From assembly GCA_035479795.1 (NCBI GenBank), contig DATIII010000002.1, positions 7 through 64,006 of the forward strand: 64,000 nucleotides of DNA. Direction: 5' to 3'. Positions within the stretch are counted from its first letter, which is position 1, and every line of letters begins with the position of its first letter. A program made the position numbers and the translations under genes. The notes below the pieces were generated by a model. The model was not told the DNA's origin and ran no database searches. It was given only the letters and a program-made list of their open reading frames with translations. The stretch comes from Candidatus Saccharimonadales bacterium. Lineage in GTDB: Bacteria; Patescibacteriota; Saccharimonadia; UBA4664; SCTI01. Positions 8,733 to 17,348 of this stretch are shown piece by piece.

Positions 8733-9758
8733 ATGAGCGAAGCCAAAATAGTCCATTTTCCGCACCACAAACGATCCGATTCTGCTAATAATCCGGATGC
8801 GGCCGAACACGCCCGAGCTCGGATCGCGGCTTTGCCCGATCAATACGCTAGCCACGCATCACCTCGCCCGGATCTGGCACGCAAAATCCCCCCCGCCAGC
8901 CCAGCCGCCCAAGATCAGCCACTCAGCTCGGAGATACCAGGTATCGATGATCTTACCGAAATCGGCCGCCAGCTAAAGGGTGGAAATTCACAAGAAGCTC
9001 CAGAAGGCCAGCCGTCAGAAAGCCCACAGGAAACGACAACTAAAAAACGTCGTTTACCAAGCCAGGCTAAGCCCCTGATTTCCGCGGCAGTTACCTTTGT
9101 CATTATCTTTATGGTTTTTAAGGCGCCTATCTTTCTGACCCAGCTGAGTTACGCCACCCAGAAACCTCCGGTAACCGCGCCTTCCAATAACTCTACTGCC
9201 GTTGGCCCCGACCCGGTGATCGATATTGCTAAAATCAACGTCCACGCGCCAATCGCCTTTGCGCACAGCAATACCGAAAGTGATATTCAAAAAGATCTCG
9301 AAGGGGGAGTGGTGCACTATGCCAACACGGCCCTTCCCGGGACCACCGGCAACAGCGTCATCTTTGGACACTCATCAAACGACTGGTGGGAGCCGGGAAA
9401 TTACAAGTTCGTCTTTGTGTTATTAGACAAACTAGCAGTGGGTGATACCTTTACAATCAATTACAACTCAAAGCAGTATCTTTACAAAGTTGCCGAAGTG
9501 AAGGTTGTCGAGCCCACGGATCTGAGCGTACTCAACCAAACCTCTGACGCCGAAGTAACCTTGATCACCTGCACTCCACCAGGTACCAGCTGGAAACGCT
9601 TAATCGTTCGTGCCAACCAAACCACACCGGTAACCCAAAAATCGGCTCCGGTCCAGCCGGAAAAGCACGGCATTTTGCCAAGTAACGCCCCCGGCATTGT
9701 AGACAGCCTCGGCCGCCTGTGGAACAGCGTGGTTAACTTGTTCTCAACCGATAAGTAG
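8733..9758 (+). CDS. Sortase-family transpeptidase with a Pro-rich N-terminal region and a transmembrane anchor
   Basis: Catalytic region FGHSS...TLITCTP (TLxTC motif) with the conserved His. N-terminal transmembrane segment. Confidence 0.7.
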   Translation: MSEAKIVHFPHHKRSDSANNPDAAEHARARIAALPDQYASHASPRPDLARKIPPASPAAQDQPLSSEIPGIDDLTEIGRQLKGGNSQEAPEGQPSESPQETTTKKRRLPSQAKPLISAAVTFVIIFMVFKAPIFLTQLSYATQKPPVTAPSNNSTAVGPDPVIDIAKINVHAPIAFAHSNTESDIQKDLEGGVVHYANTALPGTTGNSVIFGHSSNDWWEPGNYKFVFVLLDKLAVGDTFTINYNSKQYLYKVAEVKVVEPTDLSVLNQTSDAEVTLITCTPPGTSWKRLIVRANQTTPVTQKSAPVQPEKHGILPSNAPGIVDSLGRLWNSVVNLFSTDK

Positions 9759-11150
9759 TTATTTGCGAACCGTAATGGCCCGAATCTGAGCCTCCCCTGT
9801 AGATGTCGTCGCTACAGTTAAAGCACTCTTATTATCGGTTGAACTAAAGGCCGGTAGCGCACCCGCCTTAGTCAAAACATTGGAGTAATTACCATCAAAT
9901 TCAGTCATGACAATCAAGCCGCCACGATTGAGCAGGAGGTGATAATTGTCAAACCAATTAACACCGGTAGCACCATTATTCAAGTCACTAAAAGCGTAAT
10001 TCTTATCCCTCTCGACGTCATAAGTCCCCACTGCTGAGCTTGTGGATACTAAGAGAAAACGCCCATCACTATTGAATTTGGCGGTGTCTGCCGGGAGACC
10101 CACATCTATGCGCGTAATTTGGTTACCAAAGACGTTCCCGTAAATTACCGCTCGATGAGTATCATTGTTAACGACAGCCACCTGGGCACTCCCAATGTAA
10201 GTAGCAAAATCTAAACTGTAGTGCTCGCCCGCTGGCAGGGCAGATACCAACTGCTGCTTCTTGCCACCATGGTCCATTAACCAAAGTGAGTGAGTCGGCT
10301 TCGACCCATCGACATAAACAACCCTATCACCAGCGAAGCTGTAGGACATGACATGGTCAGCCAGCACGGGCGAGGTTGACCCAGCGGCAATGTCTAAACG
10401 CCGTAATTCACCGCCAGAAAGCAGATAAATCTCACGCCAGTTACTCGGGCTGATGTTGGCGACAGCCAGATCAACCTTAAACACATCAGTCAGATTAATA
10501 GGTGTATCGCCGCCTGAGCTCAGCATTAAATAGCGCACGGCGTCGCCAATCTGGCTGCGCACCATCAAATGGGTGGCATCATCTGACCAAGCCATAAGCT
10601 GGACACTTTCTGCGGACTGAGTGTCATTGGCCGGTGCCGAAGCAAAAATTTTTGTCTGTGCCCGTGAATTTGAGTCCACCCACCAAACTCCGGCATCTGG
10701 CCCGGTAGGGACGACATAGCCGATGCGTCGGTGATCACGACTGGCCATAAATTGGCTAATGGCCGCCCGATTGACCACCTCCTTGGCCTGGATATGCTGA
10801 GGCATAAGAATGACGTACTGAGCCAGGCTAACTTGAGCTGGAATCGCCTCAATGAGTTTGTGCCAGGTGCGATAGCCGTCCTTGGACACCACAAAGTCAT
10901 GTTGACCGCCAACAAAGGTGTTGCGGTAGGGGGTTTTCTGCTTAATCAACTTACCGTCTACGGTAATCTTGGCGCCACTGGGAATAGATTCGAGGATCAC
11001 TAAGCCACGATGCTGCAGTCGGCCGGATTTAAAATCGTAGCTATAGCCGTTGCCATAGGCAATCAATAAAACCGTTCCGCCAACAATCAAGAGGGCGGCC
11101 AGTAGGTAGCTAAGGATGACAAGCAATCTTTTAGGCATTGGATTCAGCAT
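9759..11150 (-). CDS. Membrane-anchored PEGA-domain protein with a C-terminal beta-propeller-like region
   Basis: N-terminal transmembrane segment. PEGA-like ESIPSGAKITVDGKLIKQKTPY. The remainder resembles TolB-like repeats. Confidence 0.5.
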   Translation of the reverse strand: MLNPMPKRLLVILSYLLAALLIVGGTVLLIAYGNGYSYDFKSGRLQHRGLVILESIPSGAKITVDGKLIKQKTPYRNTFVGGQHDFVVSKDGYRTWHKLIEAIPAQVSLAQYVILMPQHIQAKEVVNRAAISQFMASRDHRRIGYVVPTGPDAGVWWVDSNSRAQTKIFASAPANDTQSAESVQLMAWSDDATHLMVRSQIGDAVRYLMLSSGGDTPINLTDVFKVDLAVANISPSNWREIYLLSGGELRRLDIAAGSTSPVLADHVMSYSFAGDRVVYVDGSKPTHSLWLMDHGGKKQQLVSALPAGEHYSLDFATYIGSAQVAVVNNDTHRAVIYGNVFGNQITRIDVGLPADTAKFNSDGRFLLVSTSSAVGTYDVERDKNYAFSDLNNGATGVNWFDNYHLLLNRGGLIVMTEFDGNYSNVLTKAGALPAFSSTDNKSALTVATTSTGEAQIRAITVRK

Positions 11151-11215
11151 TCAGGATACAGGATTCGGAAAAAAGCTTCCAGATCTCAGGTTCGCACCCT
11201 AAAGCCTAAATCCTA

Positions 11216-11227
11216 TATAATGCCGTT
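11216..11227 (+). promoter_or_regulatory. -10 box TATAAT placed 6 nt before the mreB ATG (leaderless-type promoter)
   Basis: TATAAT at 11216-11221, ATG at 11228. No Shine-Dalgarno sequence is possible. Confidence 0.4.
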
Positions 11228-12235
11228 ATGTTTGGAAAACGCTTAGCCCTCGATCTGGGCACCTCAAATATCCTGGTGTACGTCCCGAAGCAAGGGATCG
11301 TCGTTAATGAACCAAGTGTGGTGGCCCTGAGCACTAGCGATTCCAGCGTTATGGCCATCGGTACGGATGCCAAGGAAATGCTGGGCCGTACACCGGATAG
11401 TATTGTGGCATCTCACCCTTTAAAGGATGGTGTAATTGCGGACTATCGGATAACTCAGGCCATGATCAAGCACTTTATTGGTAAGGTTCTAGGGGGCTTT
11501 CGACTAACTCGCCCAGATGTCATGGTGACCGTGCCGGCTGGAGCCACCTCCACTGAACGACGCGCCGTGGTTGATGCCACTTTAGCCGCTGGCGCCCGGG
11601 CGGCCTATATTATTCGTGAGCCGGTGGCGGCAGCCCTAGGTGCCGGCGTCCCAATCGCTTCGGCGGCCGGCAATATGGTAGTCGACATCGGCGGAGGCAC
11701 TACCGAGATTGCCATTCTCTCTTTAGGCGGAGTGGTAGCCCAAGCCTCGGTGCGGGTGGGCGGCAATAAGCTAGATGCCGCCATTGCCGAAGGCATCCGG
11801 CGCAGCCACGGTCTGGCTATTGGGCAACAAACCGCTGAAGAAATTAAACACACCCTTGGCAGCGCCTTAATCCTCAAACAGGACGAGCACATGGAAATAC
11901 GCGGTCGCGATGTGATAGCCGGCCTGCCAAAGACCATAACGATTTCATCGAATGAAATAACCCATACCATCGCCGACGAACTGGAAAAAATTATTCTGGC
12001 CATCAAATCGGTATTAGAACAAACACCCCCCGAGCTGTCCAGTGACATCATTGATCGCGGCATGGTGCTAACCGGTGGCGGAGCGCTCCTAAAAAATATT
12101 GATAAGCTCCTTACTAACGTCACAGGCGTGCCCTGCGTCGTTGCCAAAGACGCCCAGCTCTGCGTAGCCAAGGGTGCCGGTATTGCTTTGGATAATCTCG
12201 AAGAGTATAAACGTAGTCTGGCTGGTCTTAAGTGA
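11228..12235 (+). CDS. mreB: Rod shape-determining actin homologue MreB
   Basis: N-terminus LALDLGTSNILVY and motifs DIGGGTTEIA and LTGGGALL. Confidence 0.9.
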   Translation: MFGKRLALDLGTSNILVYVPKQGIVVNEPSVVALSTSDSSVMAIGTDAKEMLGRTPDSIVASHPLKDGVIADYRITQAMIKHFIGKVLGGFRLTRPDVMVTVPAGATSTERRAVVDATLAAGARAAYIIREPVAAALGAGVPIASAAGNMVVDIGGGTTEIAILSLGGVVAQASVRVGGNKLDAAIAEGIRRSHGLAIGQQTAEEIKHTLGSALILKQDEHMEIRGRDVIAGLPKTITISSNEITHTIADELEKIILAIKSVLEQTPPELSSDIIDRGMVLTGGGALLKNIDKLLTNVTGVPCVVAKDAQLCVAKGAGIALDNLEEYKRSLAGLK

Positions 12236-12248
12236 TCCTGGAGCCGTC

Positions 12249-13502
12249 TTGCTAGAATCTAAGCGTTTAATCAGATGGGGTTCTTTGGCTTTAATGGCCC
12301 TTATGCCCCTACATGCCTTTTTAAGTGTTTCGGCGGGTCATATCTTCGGTCACCAGGCAATGTGGCAGAGCTGGAAGGAAGGGTTGCTCGTCTTGATGAC
12401 CTTGGCGGCTATCAAGCTACTGGTTTCCGACCCGACCGCCTGGCGGCAATTCAAAAAACCACTCAATCTATCAATCATCATATTCGCAGCAGTGGCTCTC
12501 ATTGTAACCGCCATTACCCGGCCACCACTGGTCGCCACGCTTTTTGGGCTCAAGACTGATCTAGAATTTTTGCTGGTCTTCGGGCTTGTCCAGCTGACGG
12601 CTGATCGAGGGTTTCGCCATCTACTGACCAAAGTTCTCCTAATCAGCTCCGGAGTAGTGATAGGCTTTGGCCTTCTCCAAATCTACGTGCTACCAGCTGA
12701 TTTTCTGACCCAGCTTGGCTACGGCCCCACAACGGTCGCCGCCTTCCAGGATGTTGACCCGGCCATTCGATCGGTCCGCATTATCTCGACCCTGGGTGGG
12801 GCAAATCAACTAGGTAGCTTTTTAATCCTCCCGTTAGCCCTAGTTTTCTGGCGAATACTGAAACGCCCACGGCTCTGGCAGGTTTTATATCTCGCAAGCG
12901 GCTTAGTCGTGGAATGGCATACCTATTCGCGAAGCGCTTGGATTGGTACGGGCTTAGCCCTGGTAATCTTATTTGTGGCAGCATTGAGAAAAGCTTGGCG
13001 AGCCCCAGCGACGTTGATATTGGTCCTGAGCGCTGGCCTAATTATGCAGCTGCTCGTGAACTCAGCCGGACAGGATAATAAGTTGCAGTACTATCTTTTC
13101 CACCAAAGAGTATCCGACACTGGCTTCAAAGGCTCTACCGATTTACACTCGTTGGCCTTCGACGCTGGTCTGCGCGAAGCCACAGCCATGCCTCTGGGCG
13201 AGGGGCTGGGGTCGGCCGGCCCAGCCTCGTTCCATAATAACCGAACCTTAATTCCCGAAAGCTATTATCTACAGATCGCAATTGAAACCGGCATCCTCGG
13301 ACTCATGACCTATCTTGCCACCCAGTTACTCTTAGGCCTCAATTTATTCAAACGAGGAACTGGATGCAGTGTGGGATTACCGCTGCTGGCAACTCTGGCC
13401 GGCATGGCCGTCGTGAATCTATTTCTTCATGGCTGGGCCGATAGCTCCACGGCTTTAACGTTCTGGACACTGGCCAGTGCGGCTGTAGGGGAGAAGACCT
13501 AG
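12249..13502 (+). CDS. O-antigen ligase-like (Wzy_C family) polytopic membrane protein
   Basis: About 10 transmembrane segments with a central SRSAWIG loop, typical of the O-antigen ligase / polymerase fold. The ORF-track start at 12174 overlaps mreB; a TTG at 12249 or an ATG at 12288 is more likely. Confidence 0.45.
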   Translation: MLESKRLIRWGSLALMALMPLHAFLSVSAGHIFGHQAMWQSWKEGLLVLMTLAAIKLLVSDPTAWRQFKKPLNLSIIIFAAVALIVTAITRPPLVATLFGLKTDLEFLLVFGLVQLTADRGFRHLLTKVLLISSGVVIGFGLLQIYVLPADFLTQLGYGPTTVAAFQDVDPAIRSVRIISTLGGANQLGSFLILPLALVFWRILKRPRLWQVLYLASGLVVEWHTYSRSAWIGTGLALVILFVAALRKAWRAPATLILVLSAGLIMQLLVNSAGQDNKLQYYLFHQRVSDTGFKGSTDLHSLAFDAGLREATAMPLGEGLGSAGPASFHNNRTLIPESYYLQIAIETGILGLMTYLATQLLLGLNLFKRGTGCSVGLPLLATLAGMAVVNLFLHGWADSSTALTFWTLASAAVGEKT

Positions 13503-14359
13503 TGTCCAAGCAAGCCAAATATCCAAAAGTAAAGATTCTCGGTGTTGACATCGACGCCCTGAGCATGCGGGAGGCTTGTGATTATATCTTAGCCCTCAGC
13601 TCAAAAAAGTCGGCTTGCTACATAGCCAAGCCCTACGTTGAGTTTATGGATCGGGCGGCTAGCGACCGCCGTGTGCGACAATTATTGGCTGATAGTGAGT
13701 TGTGTTTGCCCGATGGAGTTTCCCTGCAATGGGCGGCCGCCTATAAACAGGGAAAAGGTGGACTGGGTCGAGCTCTCGGGTTGGCGGCAGCCATTGTTTT
13801 TCAGCCCTCACGCATTTCTGATCCGCTCCCGGAAAAGTTTGGTGGGACGGTCTTTACCTGGCAACTACTAGCGGCAGCGATGGAGGCTGGAAAATCGATT
13901 TATCTAATCGGATCGCCTGCCAACAACCCCATTGCTCACACCGCCAAGGTAATTAATAATGCCTTGCCAGATCTAACAATAGTAGGGCATTGGCCTGGTC
14001 GTCTAGCCGGAAAGTCAGGTGACAGTTTATATAAGGCACTGGCTAGCGGTCGGATTGAAGGAGAGCTGGTCGACGATATTCAGCAAAAGCAGCCGGACAT
14101 TATCTTGGTCGGTATGGGTTTTCCAATCCAAGAAGCACTTATGGCCAAGCTGACGCCCCAGCTGCATCACGGAGTTTTGATAGGCGAGGGTGGGACCTTC
14201 GATTACGACAGTTTTGGTGGCGGTCGGCGCAAGGCACCAGCCTGGCTTCAGCGATCGGGGCTGGAATGGTTTTGGCGGCTCATACTTGAACCTTCGCGAC
14301 TTAAGCGGCAGTTAGCCATACCGCGCTTTATGTGGAAAGTTTACAAAAGCAAAATTTAG
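13502..14359 (+). CDS. WecB/TagA/CpsF-family glycosyltransferase (UDP-ManNAc(A) transferase-like)
   Basis: ILGVDIDAL near the N-terminus and the C-terminal signature LEWFWRLILEPSRLKRQLAIPRF. GTG start overlaps the upstream stop (TAGTG). Confidence 0.7.
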   Translation: MSKQAKYPKVKILGVDIDALSMREACDYILALSSKKSACYIAKPYVEFMDRAASDRRVRQLLADSELCLPDGVSLQWAAAYKQGKGGLGRALGLAAAIVFQPSRISDPLPEKFGGTVFTWQLLAAAMEAGKSIYLIGSPANNPIAHTAKVINNALPDLTIVGHWPGRLAGKSGDSLYKALASGRIEGELVDDIQQKQPDIILVGMGFPIQEALMAKLTPQLHHGVLIGEGGTFDYDSFGGGRRKAPAWLQRSGLEWFWRLILEPSRLKRQLAIPRFMWKVYKSKI

Positions 14360-14425
14360 TGGCCTAGAAATACTGTTCAAACCACTGGCCTTGATGTAAC
14401 ATAAGCACAATAAGGGTAATCATCA

Positions 14426-15556
14426 ATGCAGTGTCCTAGCTGCGGCAAGACTGGATTCGTCACAATTGGAACTAAGCGCTACTGCAGCAACTGCGGTTGC
14501 TTGCTGTCGGGGGTTGCCACCCCGAGCTTGTCTGATATCAAAGTCGGCCCCAAGACCCCACTAGCTCCGGCGCCAAAAACAGCTTCGGAAATGCACGGCG
14601 CCCAAATTGGGCCCATTAAGACTAGCGGTGTACTCGATCTTCGCCAAGCAAAACCTAAGCCCGCTCCGCAACCAATTTCCGTTTTGCCCCCGGCCCTGGA
14701 AAAGCCCACCGAACCCGTCGCAGCGCCTCAACCGAAAGCCGTAGCACCACCTGCACCTGCACCTGCACCTGCACCTGCACCTGCACCTGCACCTAAAGTG
14801 TCGGCGCCGATAGCCTCGCCCACAAGCTCGATCCTGCCACCGCCTTCTACTAGCCCTCAGACCCAATTATCAGCCGATACTTCTCCGCGCAGTCCAATGT
14901 TCCGCAAATTCAATCCGCATCCGGCAGTCGCCAAGCCAGTCGGCCAGCCCTCAGTCGCTAAAGACATGCCAGCCCAAGTAGCAGCCCAAATAGACTCCAT
15001 GGGTGCCCTGGCCCAGTCCGCGCCTGAGCCTACTGCTGCAGAGCCGGTGAAACCAAAATCTCCAGAACTTGAGAAAGCCATTAATGCTGCTCGTCCAGGC
15101 CAGACCTTCACCCCTGCCCGCGCCGCCGCCGGTGTGGCAATTGTCGCCATCCTAGCCGGCTTTGTCTGGTTGCAGAATTCCCCCAAACTAGCCTTCCATG
15201 ATGCCGCCGCCAAGGCTGGAATTGAGGCCAGTCTACCAACCTACGTGCCTTCCAGCTATCGTCAAGCCGGGCCAGTAGAGGCGGGAAATGGTCAGGTGAG
15301 CCTACACTTTACCACTCCTGGCTCGGATGAAAAGTTAAATATAGTACAGAAGAAAACCGACTGGGACCCAGACTCATTGCGAGAAAATTATGTGGCTAAA
15401 CAGAGCGATAATTTTCTAGCTGTCCAAGGTCAGGGCTTAACGATTTATGTCTTCAACAATCAAGCCAACTGGGTCAACCACGGGATCTGGTATTCCATTA
15501 GTGGGACTTCAAAACTGTCACGCGAACAAGTCCTCAAAATCGCCTACGGCCTGTAA
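14426..15556 (+). CDS. Zinc-ribbon (CxxC-N13-CxxC), Pro/Ala-rich, single-pass membrane protein with a C-terminal extracytoplasmic domain
   Basis: N-terminal MQCPSCGK...CSNCGC. A long PA-rich linker including (AP)n. A transmembrane segment at about residue 230. Confidence 0.5.
   Translation: MQCPSCGKTGFVTIGTKRYCSNCGCLLSGVATPSLSDIKVGPKTPLAPAPKTASEMHGAQIGPIKTSGVLDLRQAKPKPAPQPISVLPPALEKPTEPVAAPQPKAVAPPAPAPAPAPAPAPAPKVSAPIASPTSSILPPPSTSPQTQLSADTSPRSPMFRKFNPHPAVAKPVGQPSVAKDMPAQVAAQIDSMGALAQSAPEPTAAEPVKPKSPELEKAINAARPGQTFTPARAAAGVAIVAILAGFVWLQNSPKLAFHDAAAKAGIEASLPTYVPSSYRQAGPVEAGNGQVSLHFTTPGSDEKLNIVQKKTDWDPDSLRENYVAKQSDNFLAVQGQGLTIYVFNNQANWVNHGIWYSISGTSKLSREQVLKIAYGL
14745..14788 (+). repeat. Hexanucleotide tandem repeat (ACCTGC)n, about 7 units, encoding (PA)n
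   Basis: Six perfect CTGCAC units at 14751-14786, plus partial flanking units. Confidence 0.9.
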
Positions 15557-15563
15557 CCCACCT

Positions 15564-15596
15564 GGATCCCGGATCCCGGATCCTGTATCCTGATTC
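15564..15596 (+). repeat. Heptad tandem repeat GGATCCC GGATCCC GGATCC TGTATCC TGATTC immediately upstream of the 15598 start
   Basis: Read directly from the sequence. It leaves no room for a Shine-Dalgarno site before ATG 15598. Confidence 0.7.
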
Positions 15597-15597
15597 T

Positions 15598-15933
15598 ATG
15601 AATGATTCCGCTTGGGAACGCCTAATTGATGCAGTTGATGCCACCTGCGGCATTGATAAACACAGTAAAAATATGCGGCCGCTGGATGACCGCCCCGACT
15701 TAAACGAAACCGTTGAAGTTTTTGAGTTCGAGCGCGGTGGCCAAGCTTACAAACTAGAGCGAGTCAGCGGCCCAGCTATTATTGACCGCAAAACCCACTT
15801 TACTCATCGCGCCGGGACGGCTAATCGCATCGAAAATATTTACGACGAACATGAACTGGGACATAAAGTCACCCTATATAAAAACGAGGCGGGGGACTGG
15901 CAGCCTCAAGATATGAGCGCCTTGTCGCTATGA
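15598..15933 (+). CDS. Hypothetical protein (111 aa)
   Basis: The ORF's stop overlaps the gltX ATG (ATGA), suggesting translational coupling. No family recognised. Confidence 0.45.
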   Translation: MNDSAWERLIDAVDATCGIDKHSKNMRPLDDRPDLNETVEVFEFERGGQAYKLERVSGPAIIDRKTHFTHRAGTANRIENIYDEHELGHKVTLYKNEAGDWQPQDMSALSL

Positions 15934-17327
15934 CTGAAAAACCGAAGGTTCGCGTTCGCTTTGCCCCGAGCCCAACCGGATACCTACACATCGGTAATCT
16001 GCGCTCCGCTTTATTTAGCTATCTGTATGCGCGCCACACCCAGGGCAGCTTTATCCTGAGAATAGAAGATACCGACCGCGCTCGACTGGTCGAGGACGCC
16101 GTCGATTACGTAAAAGAGAACTTACTTTGGTTGGGCCTCAACTGGGATGAGGGGATTGAGAAGGGTGGTGAGCATGGGCCCTATGTGCAGTCAGAGCGAC
16201 TAAATCTTTACGCCGAGCATGCCGAAGCGCTAGTCGAGCAGGGGAAGGCTTACCGTGATTACACGTCGTCCCAACGACTTGAGGGACTAAGACAACATGC
16301 CCAAAAGGCCAAACAGCCATTTAAATTCACTAAAGACATGGCTCAACTTGAGCCCGACCATAAAGATGATCCATTTGTGATCCGCTTTGAAATCAAGCCC
16401 GGTCCGAATGTCATCTGGAATGACGCCGTCTGGGGAGAGCAAACTTGGAAGCGCAAAGTATTGGATGACTTTGTCGCCCTTAAGTCGGATGGCTTCCCTA
16501 CTTACAACTTTGCTGTAGTAGTGGATGATCATCTCATGGAAATCAGTCATGTCTTGCGCGGGCAGGAGTTTCTTTCGACCACGCCAAAAAATATTTTGGT
16601 TTACGAAGCTTTTGACTGGCAGATACCTCAGTTCGTGCATCTTCCGCCAGTTCTAGGCCCGGACAAATCAAAGTTATCAAAGCGCCACGGCGCCAAGTCC
16701 GCTCTCGAGTACCGCGACGCCGGCTATTTGTCTGAAGCCGTTTTTAATTACCTCGCCAGCCTAGGTTTCAATGACGGCACTACTCAAGAAATCTACACTC
16801 CAGCCGAACTAGCCAAGGTTTTTAACCTGGGCAGAATCCAAGCCAGTCCAGCCATATTTGATCCGGACCGGCTAGATTGGATGAATGGCGTGCACATTCG
16901 GCAAATGACGACCAAGCAGCTGCTGGTCCGATCAGCTGAATTCTGGCCACCCGAAGCCAAAAAATTTGATGAAGCATACCGCTTGAAAGTACTCGAACTG
17001 ATTAAGGAACGTCTGAAGTATTTTGCTGAAATACCTGAGCTAACCAGCTTTTTCTTTACCGACCCAAAACTGAACATCAAGCCCGATTCGCAGCCAATGT
17101 TGCTAAAGGTTGTTAACAAACTTGAAGACAGTGACTTTAGTGAGAAAGATCTGGAAAACCGTCTCCGGGCCCTGGTAGCCGCCGAAGATCTAAAAACAGG
17201 CCAGGTGTTTGGCATCATCCGACTGGCAGTCACCGGGAAAACAGCCGCTCCGGGTTTATTCGAGACCCTCCACGTGCTTGGCAAAGAAACCAGCCTACGC
17301 CGACTCCGTCACGCCGCCGGAGCATAA
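15930..17327 (+). CDS. gltX: Glutamyl-tRNA synthetase
   Basis: Class I HIGH motif in RFAPSPTGYLHIGN and KMSKS as KLSKR. Typical length of 465 aa. Confidence 0.9.
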   Translation: MTEKPKVRVRFAPSPTGYLHIGNLRSALFSYLYARHTQGSFILRIEDTDRARLVEDAVDYVKENLLWLGLNWDEGIEKGGEHGPYVQSERLNLYAEHAEALVEQGKAYRDYTSSQRLEGLRQHAQKAKQPFKFTKDMAQLEPDHKDDPFVIRFEIKPGPNVIWNDAVWGEQTWKRKVLDDFVALKSDGFPTYNFAVVVDDHLMEISHVLRGQEFLSTTPKNILVYEAFDWQIPQFVHLPPVLGPDKSKLSKRHGAKSALEYRDAGYLSEAVFNYLASLGFNDGTTQEIYTPAELAKVFNLGRIQASPAIFDPDRLDWMNGVHIRQMTTKQLLVRSAEFWPPEAKKFDEAYRLKVLELIKERLKYFAEIPELTSFFFTDPKLNIKPDSQPMLLKVVNKLEDSDFSEKDLENRLRALVAAEDLKTGQVFGIIRLAVTGKTAAPGLFETLHVLGKETSLRRLRHAAGA

Positions 17328-17333
17328 CCTTTA

Positions 17334-17342
17334 TGCTATAAT
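17334..17342 (+). promoter_or_regulatory. Extended -10 TGcTATAAT, 6 nt upstream of ATG 17349 (leaderless-type)
   Basis: TG at 17334-17335, TATAAT at 17337-17342, ATG at 17349. Confidence 0.4.
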
Positions 17343-17348
17343 CCAGGT

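Noticed and set aside
12174-12248. ORF-track start of the O-antigen-ligase-like gene overlapping the mreB 3' end by 62 nt
   Set aside because: A large overlap in a different frame is unlikely. An in-frame TTG at 12249 or an ATG at 12288 gives a non-overlapping start.
14745-15596. Possible CRISPR array suggested by short tandem repeats
   Set aside because: The repeats are 6-7 nt and contiguous, so there are no spacers. One is coding. No cas genes are present in the window.
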